A stretch of 64,000 nucleotides of DNA from an uncultured Gemmatimonadales bacterium (lineage in GTDB: Bacteria; Gemmatimonadota; Gemmatimonadetes; Longimicrobiales; RSA9): positions 132,728-196,727 of the forward strand of contig CAVUKA010000008.1 in NCBI GenBank assembly GCA_963741945.1, read 5' to 3'. The position numbers and the translations under genes are program-made. The notes under the pieces are model-generated. The model searched no databases. It saw only the letters and a list, made by a program, of their open reading frames with translations, and was not told the origin of the DNA. Within the stretch, counting starts at the first letter, position 1; each line of letters begins with the position of its first letter. Below are positions 39,690 to 53,011 of this stretch, piece by piece.

Positions 39690-40822
39690 CCGGCCTCCAG
39701 GATGTCGGCGGCCAACCCGGCCACGCGCGCGGCAGCGCTCCCGTCGCCGGCCGGCCGGAGCGCGTCGCGTATGCCCCTCACGCCCGCCAGCGCGGCCTGC
39801 CGCGCCGGCCCCTCGTCCACCAGCGGGATCAGCGCCGCGGTCAGCTTCGCCGGCGTGACGTCGTCCTGCAGGAGCTCCGGCGCGATCCGGCGTCCGGCCA
39901 CGAGGTTGGCCAGGCCGACGTGCTCCACGTCCACGAGCTTGCGGGCGAGCCAGAACGTCAGGGGATGGGTGCGATACGCGATCACCATGGGGACGCCCGC
40001 CAGCGCCGCCTCCAGCGTGGTGGTGCCGGACTTCACGAGTGCGACGTGGGCGTTCGCCAGCAGCGCCGCGCCGTCCGTGGTCACCGGGATCTCGATGTCG
40101 GCATAGGCGGAGGCGGGCACGTCCGGCGATCGCGCCACCACGGGCTGGATGTGCCAGCGGGCCGCCACCACGCGCCGGGCCGCCTCGAGGAACGGCTCCA
40201 GGTGCCGCTCGACCTCCTGGATCCGCGAGCCGGGGAAGAGCGCGAGGATGCGTCGCTCGGGCTCCAGCCCGAGGTCGCGACAGAACGCTTCCCGATCCGC
40301 CTGCACGTCCTCCCGGTCCACCAGCGGATGCCCGACGAAGTGGACATCGCCGCCGTACGGGGCGAACACCTCCTCCTCGAACGGGAGGATCACGGCCAGG
40401 CGGTCGGTCACTTCCGCCAGTCTGCGGGCGCGGCTCCTGTGCCAGGCCCACACCTGAGGGGCAATGTAGTAGAGGACCGGCACGCCCATCCGTCGGCAGC
40501 GCGTGGCGAGGCGCAGGTTGAAGCCGGGATAATCGATCGGGATCACGAGGTCGGCCCCCGCCTCGCGGATCGCGCCGCTGGCGCGGCCGAGGAGGCGGAG
40601 GAAGAATGGCAGGTGCCTCGCCACTTCCGCGAATCCCATCACGGCCAGGCGGTCGAACGGCGCGATCGGCTCCACGCCTTCCGCTTGCATGCGGGGGCCG
40701 GCCAGCCCCAGGAGACGTGCGTCGGGCCAGCGCTCCCGCAGCGCCCGCGCCACGGCGGCGCCGTGCAGGTCCCCCGAGGGCTCGCCGGCGGAGAGGAAGA
40801 AGGTGGGAGCCGTCCCGCTCAC
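39686..40822 (-). CDS. lpxB: Lipid-A-disaccharide synthase
   Basis: AGEPSGDLHG, IDYPGFN, YYIAPQVWAW, ILPFE, FVGHPL, PGSR, KSGTTTLE. Confidence 0.96.
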   Translation of the reverse strand: MSGTAPTFFLSAGEPSGDLHGAAVARALRERWPDARLLGLAGPRMQAEGVEPIAPFDRLAVMGFAEVARHLPFFLRLLGRASGAIREAGADLVIPIDYPGFNLRLATRCRRMGVPVLYYIAPQVWAWHRSRARRLAEVTDRLAVILPFEEEVFAPYGGDVHFVGHPLVDREDVQADREAFCRDLGLEPERRILALFPGSRIQEVERHLEPFLEAARRVVAARWHIQPVVARSPDVPASAYADIEIPVTTDGAALLANAHVALVKSGTTTLEAALAGVPMVIAYRTHPLTFWLARKLVDVEHVGLANLVAGRRIAPELLQDDVTPAKLTAALIPLVDEGPARQAALAGVRGIRDALRPAGDGSAAARVAGLAADILEAG

Positions 40823-40953
40823 GTGAGGCTCGAGAGATACCAGATGGCGAGAATCACGATGATGAGCCCCACGATCAGGCGCCCCAGGCGGGGCGGGCGC
40901 GTGGGGCCGATCGCCTCCGACTTACGCTCGCGTCGAATACGAAGCAGCGACAT
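40819..40953 (-). CDS. Small 44-aa single-TM protein (not in the ORF track)
   Basis: MSLLRIRRERKSEAIGPTRPPRLGRLIVGLIIVILAIWYLSSLT; GAGGA SD; stop overlaps the lpxB start (GTGA). Confidence 0.65.
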   Translation of the reverse strand: MSLLRIRRERKSEAIGPTRPPRLGRLIVGLIIVILAIWYLSSLT

Positions 40954-41911
40954 GGTCCTCGATGTGTTGCACGATCTCCAGGGCGACGCCCAGCGCGTTG
41001 CGTCCGTCGCTTCCCGAGACTTTCACCGGGCCTTCGCCGCGCAGCGCGGCGACGAACGCCTCCAGCTCGCAGCGGAGCGGCTCCCTCCCGTCGCCCGTCA
41101 GCTCGATCCTCTCCACCACGCTCAGCAGGCTCTCGGCCTCCAGGTGCGCCCCCGGCTCCAGCATGATCCCCTCCCGGAGCCGCAGGAACTCTCCCTTCCC
41201 TGCCGCCAGGTCCAGGCTGAGATAGCCCGAACGCTGGAAGAAGCGGACTTTCCGCATCCGCTCCATCGAGACGCGGCTCGCGGTCAGGTTCGCCACGCCG
41301 CCCCCCTCGAACTCCAGCCGCGCGTTCGCGATGTCGGGGCTGGGCGTGAGCACCGGGATCCCGGTGGCCGCAACGGTCCGGACGGGCCGGCCGACCAGGC
41401 TCAGGACCAGGTCCAGGTCATGGATCATCAGGTCCAGTACCACGGCCACGTCCGTTCCGCGCGGCCCGAACGGCGCCAGCCTGTGGCTCTCCACGAACAG
41501 CACTTCATCCAGGTACGGCTCCGCCGCGCGGATGGCGCCGTTGAACCGCTCGACGTGCCCGATCTGCACGCGCGCACCGGTGTGCTCGGCGGCTTCCAGG
41601 ATCCGGTCGGCCGCCTCGAGCGTGGGAGCGATGGGCTTCTCGATCAGGGCGTGAACGCCGCGCTCCAGCGCGCGCACGGCCACCGCCTCGTGCGACTGCG
41701 TGGGCACCGCGATCACCACCGCATCCACACCGTCGAGGAGCGCGTCCAGCGACGCGTGCGCCGCCACGCCGAGCCTGGACGCCACCTCCTCCTGCCGCGC
41801 CGGCGCGGCATCGTACACACCGGCGAACTCGACGCCAGGAAGCTCGCGCGCGATGCGCGCATGGTGGAAGCCGAGGCTGCCCGTTCCGACCACTCCGATT
41901 CGCACCCTCAT
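40922..41911 (-). CDS. Gfo/Idh/MocA oxidoreductase, GnnA-like (putative UDP-GlcNAc 3-dehydrogenase)
   Basis: GTGSLGFHHAR, IEKP, GHVERFN, DVAVVLDLMIHDLD, LTASRVS; located between lpxA and lpxB. Confidence 0.8.
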   Translation of the reverse strand: MRVRIGVVGTGSLGFHHARIARELPGVEFAGVYDAAPARQEEVASRLGVAAHASLDALLDGVDAVVIAVPTQSHEAVAVRALERGVHALIEKPIAPTLEAADRILEAAEHTGARVQIGHVERFNGAIRAAEPYLDEVLFVESHRLAPFGPRGTDVAVVLDLMIHDLDLVLSLVGRPVRTVAATGIPVLTPSPDIANARLEFEGGGVANLTASRVSMERMRKVRFFQRSGYLSLDLAAGKGEFLRLREGIMLEPGAHLEAESLLSVVERIELTGDGREPLRCELEAFVAALRGEGPVKVSGSDGRNALGVALEIVQHIEDHVAASYSTRA

Positions 41912-41915
41912 GTTC

Positions 41916-42725
41916 TCACAGCGAGACGCCCCGCTCGCTCTCCTCGAAGAAGGTGATGAACGCCTGCACTTCGGGTGTGAGCGTCAGCTCCGAGCGCGCA
42001 CGCGCCAGCGCCTGCGAGACGTTGTATGGTGAGTTGAAGAAGAGCCGATACGCCCGCTTCAGCGCCACGCGCGTCTCCTCGCTGAAGCCGCGCCGCCGCA
42101 GACCCACGCTGTTGAGCCCCGCCATGGCCAGGGGGTTCCCCGCGCAGCGGACATAGGGGGCAATGTCCTTGGGCACGCGCGAAGCCCCGCCGACGAACGC
42201 ATGGGGACCGATCCGGACGAACTGGTGGATGGCCGTGAGGCCGCCCACGATCGCCCAGTCCCCGATGGTCGTGTGCCCTCCCATGTTGACCGCATTGGAG
42301 AGGATCACGTGGTCGCCAATGTGACAGTCGTGCGCCACGTGGACATACGCCATGAGGAGACAATCGCTCCCCACCACCGTGCGCCCGGACGCCCGGGTCC
42401 CGCGGTTCAGCGTACCGTACTCACGGATGGTGGTCCGGTCGCCCACCACCAGCCGGGTGTCCTCCCCTTCGTACTTCAGATCCTGCGGCTCGGTACCCAG
42501 CACGGCGCCATGGAAGATCCGGCAATCCCGACCGATCACGGTGTTCCGCTCGATCAGGACGTTCGATCCGATCTCGGTACCATCACCCACGACCGCGCCG
42601 GGCCCGATGATCGTGCCCGGCCCGACGGTTACGCCGGTGCCCAGCTCCGCGAGGTCGTGCACCAGCGCAGTGGAATGGATCCCCTGCCCCTGCGGCAGGG
42701 CCGCCTCCATGGTATTGTCGCTCAT
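41916..42725 (-). CDS. lpxA: Acyl-ACP--UDP-GlcNAc acyltransferase
   Basis: Hexapeptide repeats, PQDLKY, HVAHDC, HQFVRIG, GLNSVGLRRRGF. Confidence 0.96.
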   Translation of the reverse strand: MSDNTMEAALPQGQGIHSTALVHDLAELGTGVTVGPGTIIGPGAVVGDGTEIGSNVLIERNTVIGRDCRIFHGAVLGTEPQDLKYEGEDTRLVVGDRTTIREYGTLNRGTRASGRTVVGSDCLLMAYVHVAHDCHIGDHVILSNAVNMGGHTTIGDWAIVGGLTAIHQFVRIGPHAFVGGASRVPKDIAPYVRCAGNPLAMAGLNSVGLRRRGFSEETRVALKRAYRLFFNSPYNVSQALARARSELTLTPEVQAFITFFEESERGVSL

Positions 42726-44008
42726 CAACGATCCACGATCCGGGCCATGAACTCCCCTTCAGCCGCCAGATCCCCGTCCACGTAGCCCTGGCCCTTCATC
42801 CGGCACGTGTGCCCCCGGAACTGCAGCATCTCGAGCTCGAACACGAGCTGATCCCCCGGCATGACCGGGCGTCGCCACTTCACTTTATCCATGGTCATGA
42901 AGTAGACCACCTTCTCCTCCGGCTTCTCGATCGCGTCCAGAAGCAGGAGCCCTCCCACCTGCGCCATGGCCTCGATGATCAGGACACCCGGCATGATCGG
43001 GTGCCCCGGATAATGGCCCTGGAAGAACGGCTCGTTGATCGTGACGTTCTTGATCCCCACGATCCGCTTGCCGGGCTCGAAGTCGATGATCCGGTCCACG
43101 AGCAGCATGGGGAAGCGGTGTGGCAGGTACTGCAGGATCTTGGTGATGTCCACCACGCCCGCCCCGCCCCGGCGCGCCGACGACCGGATCGCCTTCGCGA
43201 GCTCGAAATTGCCGGCGTGACTCGGCCGTTCCGCCACCACGTGGCCCAGCACGCGCCCGCCCAGCACGGCCAGGTCCCCGACCAGGTCGCCGATCTTGTG
43301 GCGCACGAATTCGTCGGGGAATCGGAGGTCCTGACCGTCGGCCACACCATCCTCATCGAGGACCACGGTGTTCTCCAGGCTCGTGCCCAGCGCCAGCCCC
43401 TTCGCGTGCAGAGCTTCCTTGTCCCGCAGGAACCCGAACGTGCGCGCCGGCCCGAGCTCGCGGGCGAAGCTGTCGTCGATGTTGAAGGAGGCGAACTGTC
43501 TGCGAACGAGCGGATGGTCGAATTCGATCGTAGCCGAGATCCGCAGGTCCCCGGCCGGCGCACACACGTAGTGTCCGCCGTTCGGGCCGTCCACGCTCAA
43601 CGGCGTCTGCAGTCGGAAGATGTTGACTGGCGCGTTCTGCGACTGGATCCCCGCACCCTCCAGCAGATCGTAGAACGGGAGGAAGCTGCCATCGGCGATG
43701 GGCACTTCCGGCCCAGAGATCTCGATCACGAGGTTGTCCAGACGGTGGGCGCCCACGGCTGCCAGCACATGCTCCACCGTCCTCGCCTGCACCTCCCCGA
43801 ACGCCAGCGTGGTGCCGAGACGTGTATCCACCACGTTCTCGAGCGACACCGGGATCTCCGGCGCACCCTCCAGGTCCGTGCGGCGGAACCGCAGGCCAGT
43901 CCCCGGCTCCGCGCCCAGGAAGCGGACCCGGGCGGGCTGGCCCGTGTGGACGCCCGTTCCCTCCAGCGAAGCTTCGCCGGCAATGGTCTGCTGGTTCGGT
44001 ACGCTCAT
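42725..44008 (-). CDS. lpxC: Bifunctional LpxC-FabZ fusion
   Basis: GVHTG, TVEHVLAA, ARTFGF, RHKIGDLVGDL, then LPHRFPMLLVD, FFQGHYPGHPIMPGVLIIEAMAQ. Confidence 0.95.
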   Translation of the reverse strand: MSVPNQQTIAGEASLEGTGVHTGQPARVRFLGAEPGTGLRFRRTDLEGAPEIPVSLENVVDTRLGTTLAFGEVQARTVEHVLAAVGAHRLDNLVIEISGPEVPIADGSFLPFYDLLEGAGIQSQNAPVNIFRLQTPLSVDGPNGGHYVCAPAGDLRISATIEFDHPLVRRQFASFNIDDSFARELGPARTFGFLRDKEALHAKGLALGTSLENTVVLDEDGVADGQDLRFPDEFVRHKIGDLVGDLAVLGGRVLGHVVAERPSHAGNFELAKAIRSSARRGGAGVVDITKILQYLPHRFPMLLVDRIIDFEPGKRIVGIKNVTINEPFFQGHYPGHPIMPGVLIIEAMAQVGGLLLLDAIEKPEEKVVYFMTMDKVKWRRPVMPGDQLVFELEMLQFRGHTCRMKGQGYVDGDLAAEGEFMARIVDR

Positions 44009-45033
44009 TCCGCTCCGCGCCGCCCCTCGATTTCCCGTTCCAGGTCCCGGACGCGCTCGCGCAGCCGCCCGAGCCGCGCCAGGCCGGCCTGCGTCCTCAT
44101 CGCTTCAGCGTGCGGTCGGGCCGGGTATCCGCTCCAGATCTCGCCCGCGGGAACGTCGCCGAAGACCCCCGCCTGCGCCGCGATCTTCGCTCCATCCCCG
44201 ATCTCGATATGGCCGTTCAGCCCCGCCTGCCCGCCGACCGTGACACCGCGGCCCAGCCGTGTGCTTCCCGAGATTCCGACCTGCGCGACGATGATCGACC
44301 CGGCGCCGATCCTCACATTGTGACCCACGTGCACCAGGTTGTCGATCTTCACGTGATCGCCGATCTCGGTGGATCCGATCGAGCCACGGTCGACCGTCAC
44401 GTTCGCGCCGATCTCCACGTCGCTCCCGATCCAGCAGTTCCCCACCTGCGGGATCTTCCGCGGAACGCCATCCACCGCGACGAAGCCGAACCCATCCGCG
44501 CCCAGGCAGGCGCCCGCGTGGACCACCGTGCGTGCGCCCACGCGAGTCCGGCGATAGAGCACCACGTGCGGGTGCAGAATCACGTCCTCGCCGAGATCAC
44601 ACCCCGGCCCCACCACCACGTTCGCACCGATCTCCGACCGGTCCCCGATCCTCGACCCCTCGCCGATGACCGCGCCGGGACCGATGGCGACGCCATCCCC
44701 CAGCTGCGCGTCCGCGGCCACGACGGCCGTCGGGTGGACCCCGGCTGGCACGGACGCCTCCGGATACAGCGCCGGAAGGACCCGGACCAGTCCCGCATGG
44801 ACGTCCGCGACCACGATGCGGGGGCGTTCATCCTCCACCCGCTCCACAACCGACGCATCCACCAGGAGCAGCCCCGCGCGAGAGGCCTGAAGGTAGGGGA
44901 GGTATCGGGCCTGAGCAACGAACGAAAGCTCCCCCGGGCCGGCACGATCGAGGGGCGCCGCCCCCGTGATCTCCGGGTCGGTCCCCCCTACGAGCTCCGC
45001 GTCGAGCAACCGCGCGATTGCCGAAGCCTTCAC
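44005..45033 (-). CDS. lpxD: UDP-3-O-acylglucosamine N-acyltransferase
   Basis: GADGFGF, KIPQVG, DRG, KIDNLVHVGHN, AQVGISGS. Confidence 0.96.
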   Translation of the reverse strand: MKASAIARLLDAELVGGTDPEITGAAPLDRAGPGELSFVAQARYLPYLQASRAGLLLVDASVVERVEDERPRIVVADVHAGLVRVLPALYPEASVPAGVHPTAVVAADAQLGDGVAIGPGAVIGEGSRIGDRSEIGANVVVGPGCDLGEDVILHPHVVLYRRTRVGARTVVHAGACLGADGFGFVAVDGVPRKIPQVGNCWIGSDVEIGANVTVDRGSIGSTEIGDHVKIDNLVHVGHNVRIGAGSIIVAQVGISGSTRLGRGVTVGGQAGLNGHIEIGDGAKIAAQAGVFGDVPAGEIWSGYPARPHAEAMRTQAGLARLGRLRERVRDLEREIEGRRGAE

Positions 45034-45076
45034 CGGCTCCGCTCCCCTGCTCTCGAGTGGATTCCGGGGCCGGAAA

Positions 45077-45616
45077 CTAGCCCTGCCCGGCCCCTGCCTT
45101 GAGCCGACTCAGCACTTCCGCCGTGATGTCCAGCGACGGGTCCGCGGCGATCACGCCGCCCGAGGCGACATCCAGGATGAAGCTGTAGCCCTTCTCCTGC
45201 CGGAGCCCATCGATCACCTGGTTGATGTGCTCGAGCGCCGGCTGCAGGATCTCGTTCTGCCTTGCCTGTGCTTGCTGCTGGAGCTCCTGGCCACGCTGCT
45301 GCAGCTGCTGCTGCTTCTGTGCGAGCGCCTGCTGCTGCGCCTGGCGCTTTTCAGCCGTCATCATGCTCTGCTGCTGCTGGAACTGCTGCACCTCGTTCTG
45401 CAGCTCCTGCTGCAGTGGGGCGAGGGTGCTGTCCGCGCGCGCCTCGAACCGGCTCATCTCCTGCTGGATCTGCGCTTTCGCAGCCTGCAGGCCGGGCGCC
45501 TCGTTGCGCAGCTGTTCCGAATCGATGAACACGATCTTCGCGCTCTGCGCCGCCAGCTGGCCACCCGCCGTCAGCACCAGCCCCAGTGCCAGGGCCAAAC
45601 TCGCCTTGAACTTCAT
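45077..45616 (-). CDS. skp: Periplasmic chaperone Skp/OmpH
   Basis: Signal peptide, KIVFID, Gln-rich coiled coil, GYSFILD, LDITAEVL; downstream of bamA. Confidence 0.9.
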   Translation of the reverse strand: MKFKASLALALGLVLTAGGQLAAQSAKIVFIDSEQLRNEAPGLQAAKAQIQQEMSRFEARADSTLAPLQQELQNEVQQFQQQQSMMTAEKRQAQQQALAQKQQQLQQRGQELQQQAQARQNEILQPALEHINQVIDGLRQEKGYSFILDVASGGVIAADPSLDITAEVLSRLKAGAGQG

Positions 45617-45637
45617 CCGAAAACCACCTTTCACGCG

Positions 45638-48102
45638 TTAGTAGGTCTGCCCAAACTTGAAGTGGAGCTGCCACCCGGGCTCTGTCTTGTCGAAACCGTA
45701 CGCATAGTCCAGCCCCATCGGTCCGAACGGCGTCACGAGCTGCACTCCGATCCCCGCCCCGCGGAACAGCTTCGCCGGGTTCACATCGAGCGGGCCACTC
45801 CACAGGTTGCCCGCATCCCCGAATAGCGAGACGGAAACGTTGTCGTTGAACCGGACCGCGTACTCCGCCGATAGCCGCACGAACGCATTGCCGAGCCGGT
45901 CGGACAGCGAGCCGCTCCCACGCGGCAGATACCCCATCGGCGTGATCGTCGTTTCGTCGTAGCCGCGAAGCTGCTCACCGAACTGCACGCCGCCCATCCA
46001 GAAGCGCTCGAACGGGAACCCGCCCGCGTCGCCCATGATGGCACCGGCGCCAAGGGTGAGGCCCAGCGAGGTGCGAACGGGGCGCACCCCCGGCGCGCCG
46101 CCGCCGAACTGGGTCACGGGGGTCCACCACTGGGCCGAGGCCGTGTACTTCTGGAAGTTCCCGTCCCCGCCCAGAGGCCCCCCGCTGAGGTCGGCCTCCA
46201 GCTCGTGTCGGGTCCCGACCGTCGGGAACATCGGGTTGTCCAGCGTGTTGCGCAGCAGCGAGAGCGAGACGGTGCTCAGCACGCCTGGCGGCAGCCCGAA
46301 GAGCGCATCGGCGTTGTCGCCGAAGTTGCGGTAGGATGTCCGGGAAAGCTGGTATCCCAGGAACACCCGGGAGCGCCGCCGGTCCAGTGGGAACGGCACG
46401 CCGAAGCGCAGCGAGCCGCCCGTGTTCCGGCGCTCTCCTTCCGGGAAGCTGAAGAACCGGTTCTGCTTCGTGCTGAAGAGGGAGATCGACCCGCTCACCT
46501 GCGATCCCTCGATGGCGGGATCGGTGTAGCTCGCCTGGAAGTTGTTGTACGCGCGCCCGAACTCCCAGCGAAGGTGGCCGGACTTGGCCTGGCCGAACAG
46601 GTTCGGCTGGTCGTAGCCCAGGAACCCGGCGATCCCGCCCCATCCCCCGACGGTCGTGCCGAAGTTCACCGACCCGGTCTGCTTTTCCTTCACCTCGAAG
46701 GTGACGTTGATGTCGCCGTTGTCGAGCTGCTCGAGCTGCGGCGTCGGCATGGGACTCTCGAAGAAGCCGAGCCCCATGATGCTTCGATAGCTCTGGATCA
46801 GCAGGTCCTCACTGTACACGTCGCCCGGGAGGAGGAAGATCCGTTCGCGGATCACGTCCTCGTGGGTGTACGTGTTGCCGGCGATGGCCACGCGGTGGAT
46901 GTACGCCGGCTCGCCCTCGCTGATGTTCCAACCCACCTGCACGGCGGGCTCGCCCGACTCCGTCTCGGTCCGCTCGACGAACGGGACCACCTGTGCGTAG
47001 AGGTAGCCCTGGTTGTTGTACGCCTGCCGAACGTCCTGCGTGGCCTGCTCGAACCGGCCCTGGTTGAAGACGGGCGTATTCGCGGCCACCTGGCCCTGCT
47101 CCGCCCCGATCCCGCCGATCCCGAAGCTGGCCAGCAGCCCGCCCCGCGCGCTCTCGTAGTAGCGCTTCAGGTCCTCGGTCGGGAACTGCCGGTTCCCTCG
47201 CACTTCGAAGTCCACCAGCCGATACTGCGGCCCTTCATTCACCCAGATGGTGATCCGACCCTTCCCCGTTTCCGGGTCCACCACCAGCGTGTCGCGGGTG
47301 ACGGCGAAGTCGATGTAGCCGTGGCTGCCATAGAAGGTGGGGAGGTTCTGTCGCAGGTCGGCCTGGAACGCGTCGGCGTCGTAGAGCCCGGAGCGATACC
47401 AGAAGAATCCCTCTTCCTTCGTGGTCATGGCACCCTCGAGCTCGCCCGCGGAGAACACCTCGTTGCCCACGAAGTGGATCTCGGAGATGGCCACGCGCTG
47501 CCCTTCCTGGACATCGATCACCAGCCGGTACTCGCCCTCGGTACCCGCCAGCGGCTCCAGCCGCTCCTCGATGTCGCGCACCCGGATCCCCTTCTCGGCC
47601 AGCAGGTCGCGGATCACGGACTTGGCCCGGGCGACCCGGGCCGGGTCGTACGGCTGGGCCGCAGCCAGGTTCGCGCTGTCGCGCACCGTCTTGGCCCGGA
47701 TGTGCTCCAGCCCGCGGATGTCGACGTAGGAGACGAACGGCTGCTCCTTCACTTCGATGATCAACCGTACGCCGGATTCCGGGTTCGCGGGCTCCAGGTT
47801 CTCCGCGTAGACCTGCACGTCCGAGAATTGCTGCGTCACCCAGAGCCGGTGAATGGCGTCCTGGATGTCGCGGTAGGTGATCTCGTCCCCGATCCGGATG
47901 CCGGCTGTCGAGGTGATGATGTCATCGGAGAGACGCTCGTTCCCCCGCACATCCACCGCCGCCACCCGAACGGGCTGGACCGCGCCCATCGGCTCCTGCC
48001 CGGTCGGCTGCTGGGCCGACGCGGGCACGGGACCGACGAGTGCGACAAAAGAGGCGACCGCGACCGCGGCCGCCCCCATGATCGTCTTTGCTGTCACTCG
48101 AC

Positions 48103-48106
<4 letters not shown>
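45638..48106 (-). CDS. bamA: Outer-membrane protein assembly factor BamA
   Basis: POTRA repeats, [25 protein letters not shown]. Confidence 0.96.
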
Positions 48107-50589
<2,483 letters not shown>

Positions 50590-50627
50590 TGGTGCCTCAT
50601 AGCGGGAGTCGTCTTTGCGACGACGTT

Positions 50628-51743
50628 CTATTCAACTTCCGAGCCGTTCCCACCACTTCGCTCCGGGCTCGCCTCATCGTCCGCCAGCATGCGCCGGACG
50701 AACGCGGCGCGGTGCAGGTCGGCTTCCGCTTCCGTCAGTGAGCGGCCTGCCGCCTGCTCCAGGTGGGCCGGCTGCGCGTAGATCATGATCTTGTTGAGCG
50801 TGTATACACTGGGTTCGGACAGCAGTTTCATGCTCACGCCCAGGCGCACCCCGCTCAGCAGATTCATGACCTCGTCGAAGGACAGGCTGCGAGCATAACG
50901 CAGGAGACCGTACGCCCGCCAGATCTTGTCCTCCATCACGGCCGGGGCTTCCCGCATGAGGACCGAGCGCGCCTGCATCTCGTACTGGATCACCTGCTGC
51001 ACGATCTTCTGCAGGTGATCGATCAGATCTTCCTCCGGCTTCCCGAGCGTGGTCTGGTTCGAGACCTGGAAGAAGTTGCCGACCACTTCGGACCCTTCGC
51101 CGTAGAGCCCCCGGAAGGTCAGGCCCACCTGGCCGATCCCCTGCAGGACCTTTCCGATCTCCTTGGTCAGAACGAGGCCCGGGAGGTGGATCAGGATCGA
51201 GGCCCGCAGCCCCGTCCCGACGTTCGTGGGACAGCTCGTGAGATAGCCGAACTCGTGGTGGTAGGCCATCGGGAGCTGGGCGCCCATCTCCTCATCCAGG
51301 CCATCCACCTGCGCGTGCGCCTCCCGCAGACAGAGCCCCGAGCGCAGGCTCTGGAGACGCAGGTGGTCCTCCTCGTTCACCATGACGCCCGTCTCGTCCG
51401 CCGGGCCCACCAGCAGCCCTGCCCCGGCGTGGGGCCCCGGCGCGCCCTCGCCCACCAGCTCCCGCGACACCAGGTGACGCTCCAGCAGCACCTGCCGCGA
51501 CAGGCGCGGCAGGGCGGCGACGTCGAGGCTGACGCCATCGCGCAGCAGCGCGGTCCGCTCGGCCGCGGACTGGACGGCCGCCAGGATCTGGAGCCGCTCG
51601 TCGTCGTCGATCCGGGGGCTGAACGCGTGGCCCTGGAGGTTGCGGGCCAGCCGGACCCGGGTGGACAGGACGATGTCGGCGTGCGGGCCCGCGGCCTCCA
51701 GCCACGAGAGGCCGAAGTCGCCGAGCGTGTCCAGCTCCATCAT
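50628..51743 (-). CDS. mcsB: Protein arginine kinase McsB
   Basis: [49 protein letters not shown]. Confidence 0.95.
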   Translation of the reverse strand: MMELDTLGDFGLSWLEAAGPHADIVLSTRVRLARNLQGHAFSPRIDDDERLQILAAVQSAAERTALLRDGVSLDVAALPRLSRQVLLERHLVSRELVGEGAPGPHAGAGLLVGPADETGVMVNEEDHLRLQSLRSGLCLREAHAQVDGLDEEMGAQLPMAYHHEFGYLTSCPTNVGTGLRASILIHLPGLVLTKEIGKVLQGIGQVGLTFRGLYGEGSEVVGNFFQVSNQTTLGKPEEDLIDHLQKIVQQVIQYEMQARSVLMREAPAVMEDKIWRAYGLLRYARSLSFDEVMNLLSGVRLGVSMKLLSEPSVYTLNKIMIYAQPAHLEQAAGRSLTEAEADLHRAAFVRRMLADDEASPERSGGNGSEVE

Positions 51744-52246
51744 GAACGCGCCCCCTCTCCTTCCATCTCACGAATCTGGTCCCGGAGCATGGCCGCGCGC
51801 TCGAACTCTTCCCGCTTCACGGCCGTGTCCAGCTTCCTGCGGAGGCGAGATATCTGCTCGTGCCGCTGGGCATCCGATGGGTCCGGCGGGAGATAGACCT
51901 TGCCCACGTGCTGCGTCCCGCCGTGGAGCCGCCGGAACAGGCCGCGGAGGTGCTCCTCGAACGCGACATAGCAGTGGGAGCAGCCGAGCCGCCCGGTCTT
52001 CTTGAAGTCCTGCAGCGTCAGGCCGCAGTAGTCGCACGTGATGGACGAGGACTTGTGGGGACGAGACTCCTGGCCCATCTGGGCGAGGAAGTCCGTGAGC
52101 GGGAAGCTGGAGCCCGCGCCCGGCTCGGGTTCCAGTCCCTTCTCGGCAGCGCACGCCTCGCAGAGGTGGTACGTGCCCATCTTGTTGTCGACGATCTGGG
52201 TGAGATGGATCACCGCTTCGTTCTCACCGCAATTGTCGCAAAGCAT
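51740..52246 (-). CDS. mcsA: McsA activator (4 CxxC + UVR domain)
   Basis: CDNC, CEAC, CDYC, GRLGCSHC, HVGK, EEFERAAMLRDQI. Confidence 0.93.
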   Translation of the reverse strand: MLCDNCGENEAVIHLTQIVDNKMGTYHLCEACAAEKGLEPEPGAGSSFPLTDFLAQMGQESRPHKSSSITCDYCGLTLQDFKKTGRLGCSHCYVAFEEHLRGLFRRLHGGTQHVGKVYLPPDPSDAQRHEQISRLRRKLDTAVKREEFERAAMLRDQIREMEGEGARS

Positions 52247-52249
52247 GGC

Positions 52250-53003
<754 letters not shown>

Positions 53004-53011
<8 letters not shown>

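Noticed and set aside
42725-44008. LpxC-FabZ fusion as a novelty
   Set aside because: This fusion is already known from Bacteroidota, Chlorobi and related lineages.
45230-45480. CTG/CAG-rich repeats
   Set aside because: They encode the Gln-rich coiled coil of Skp.
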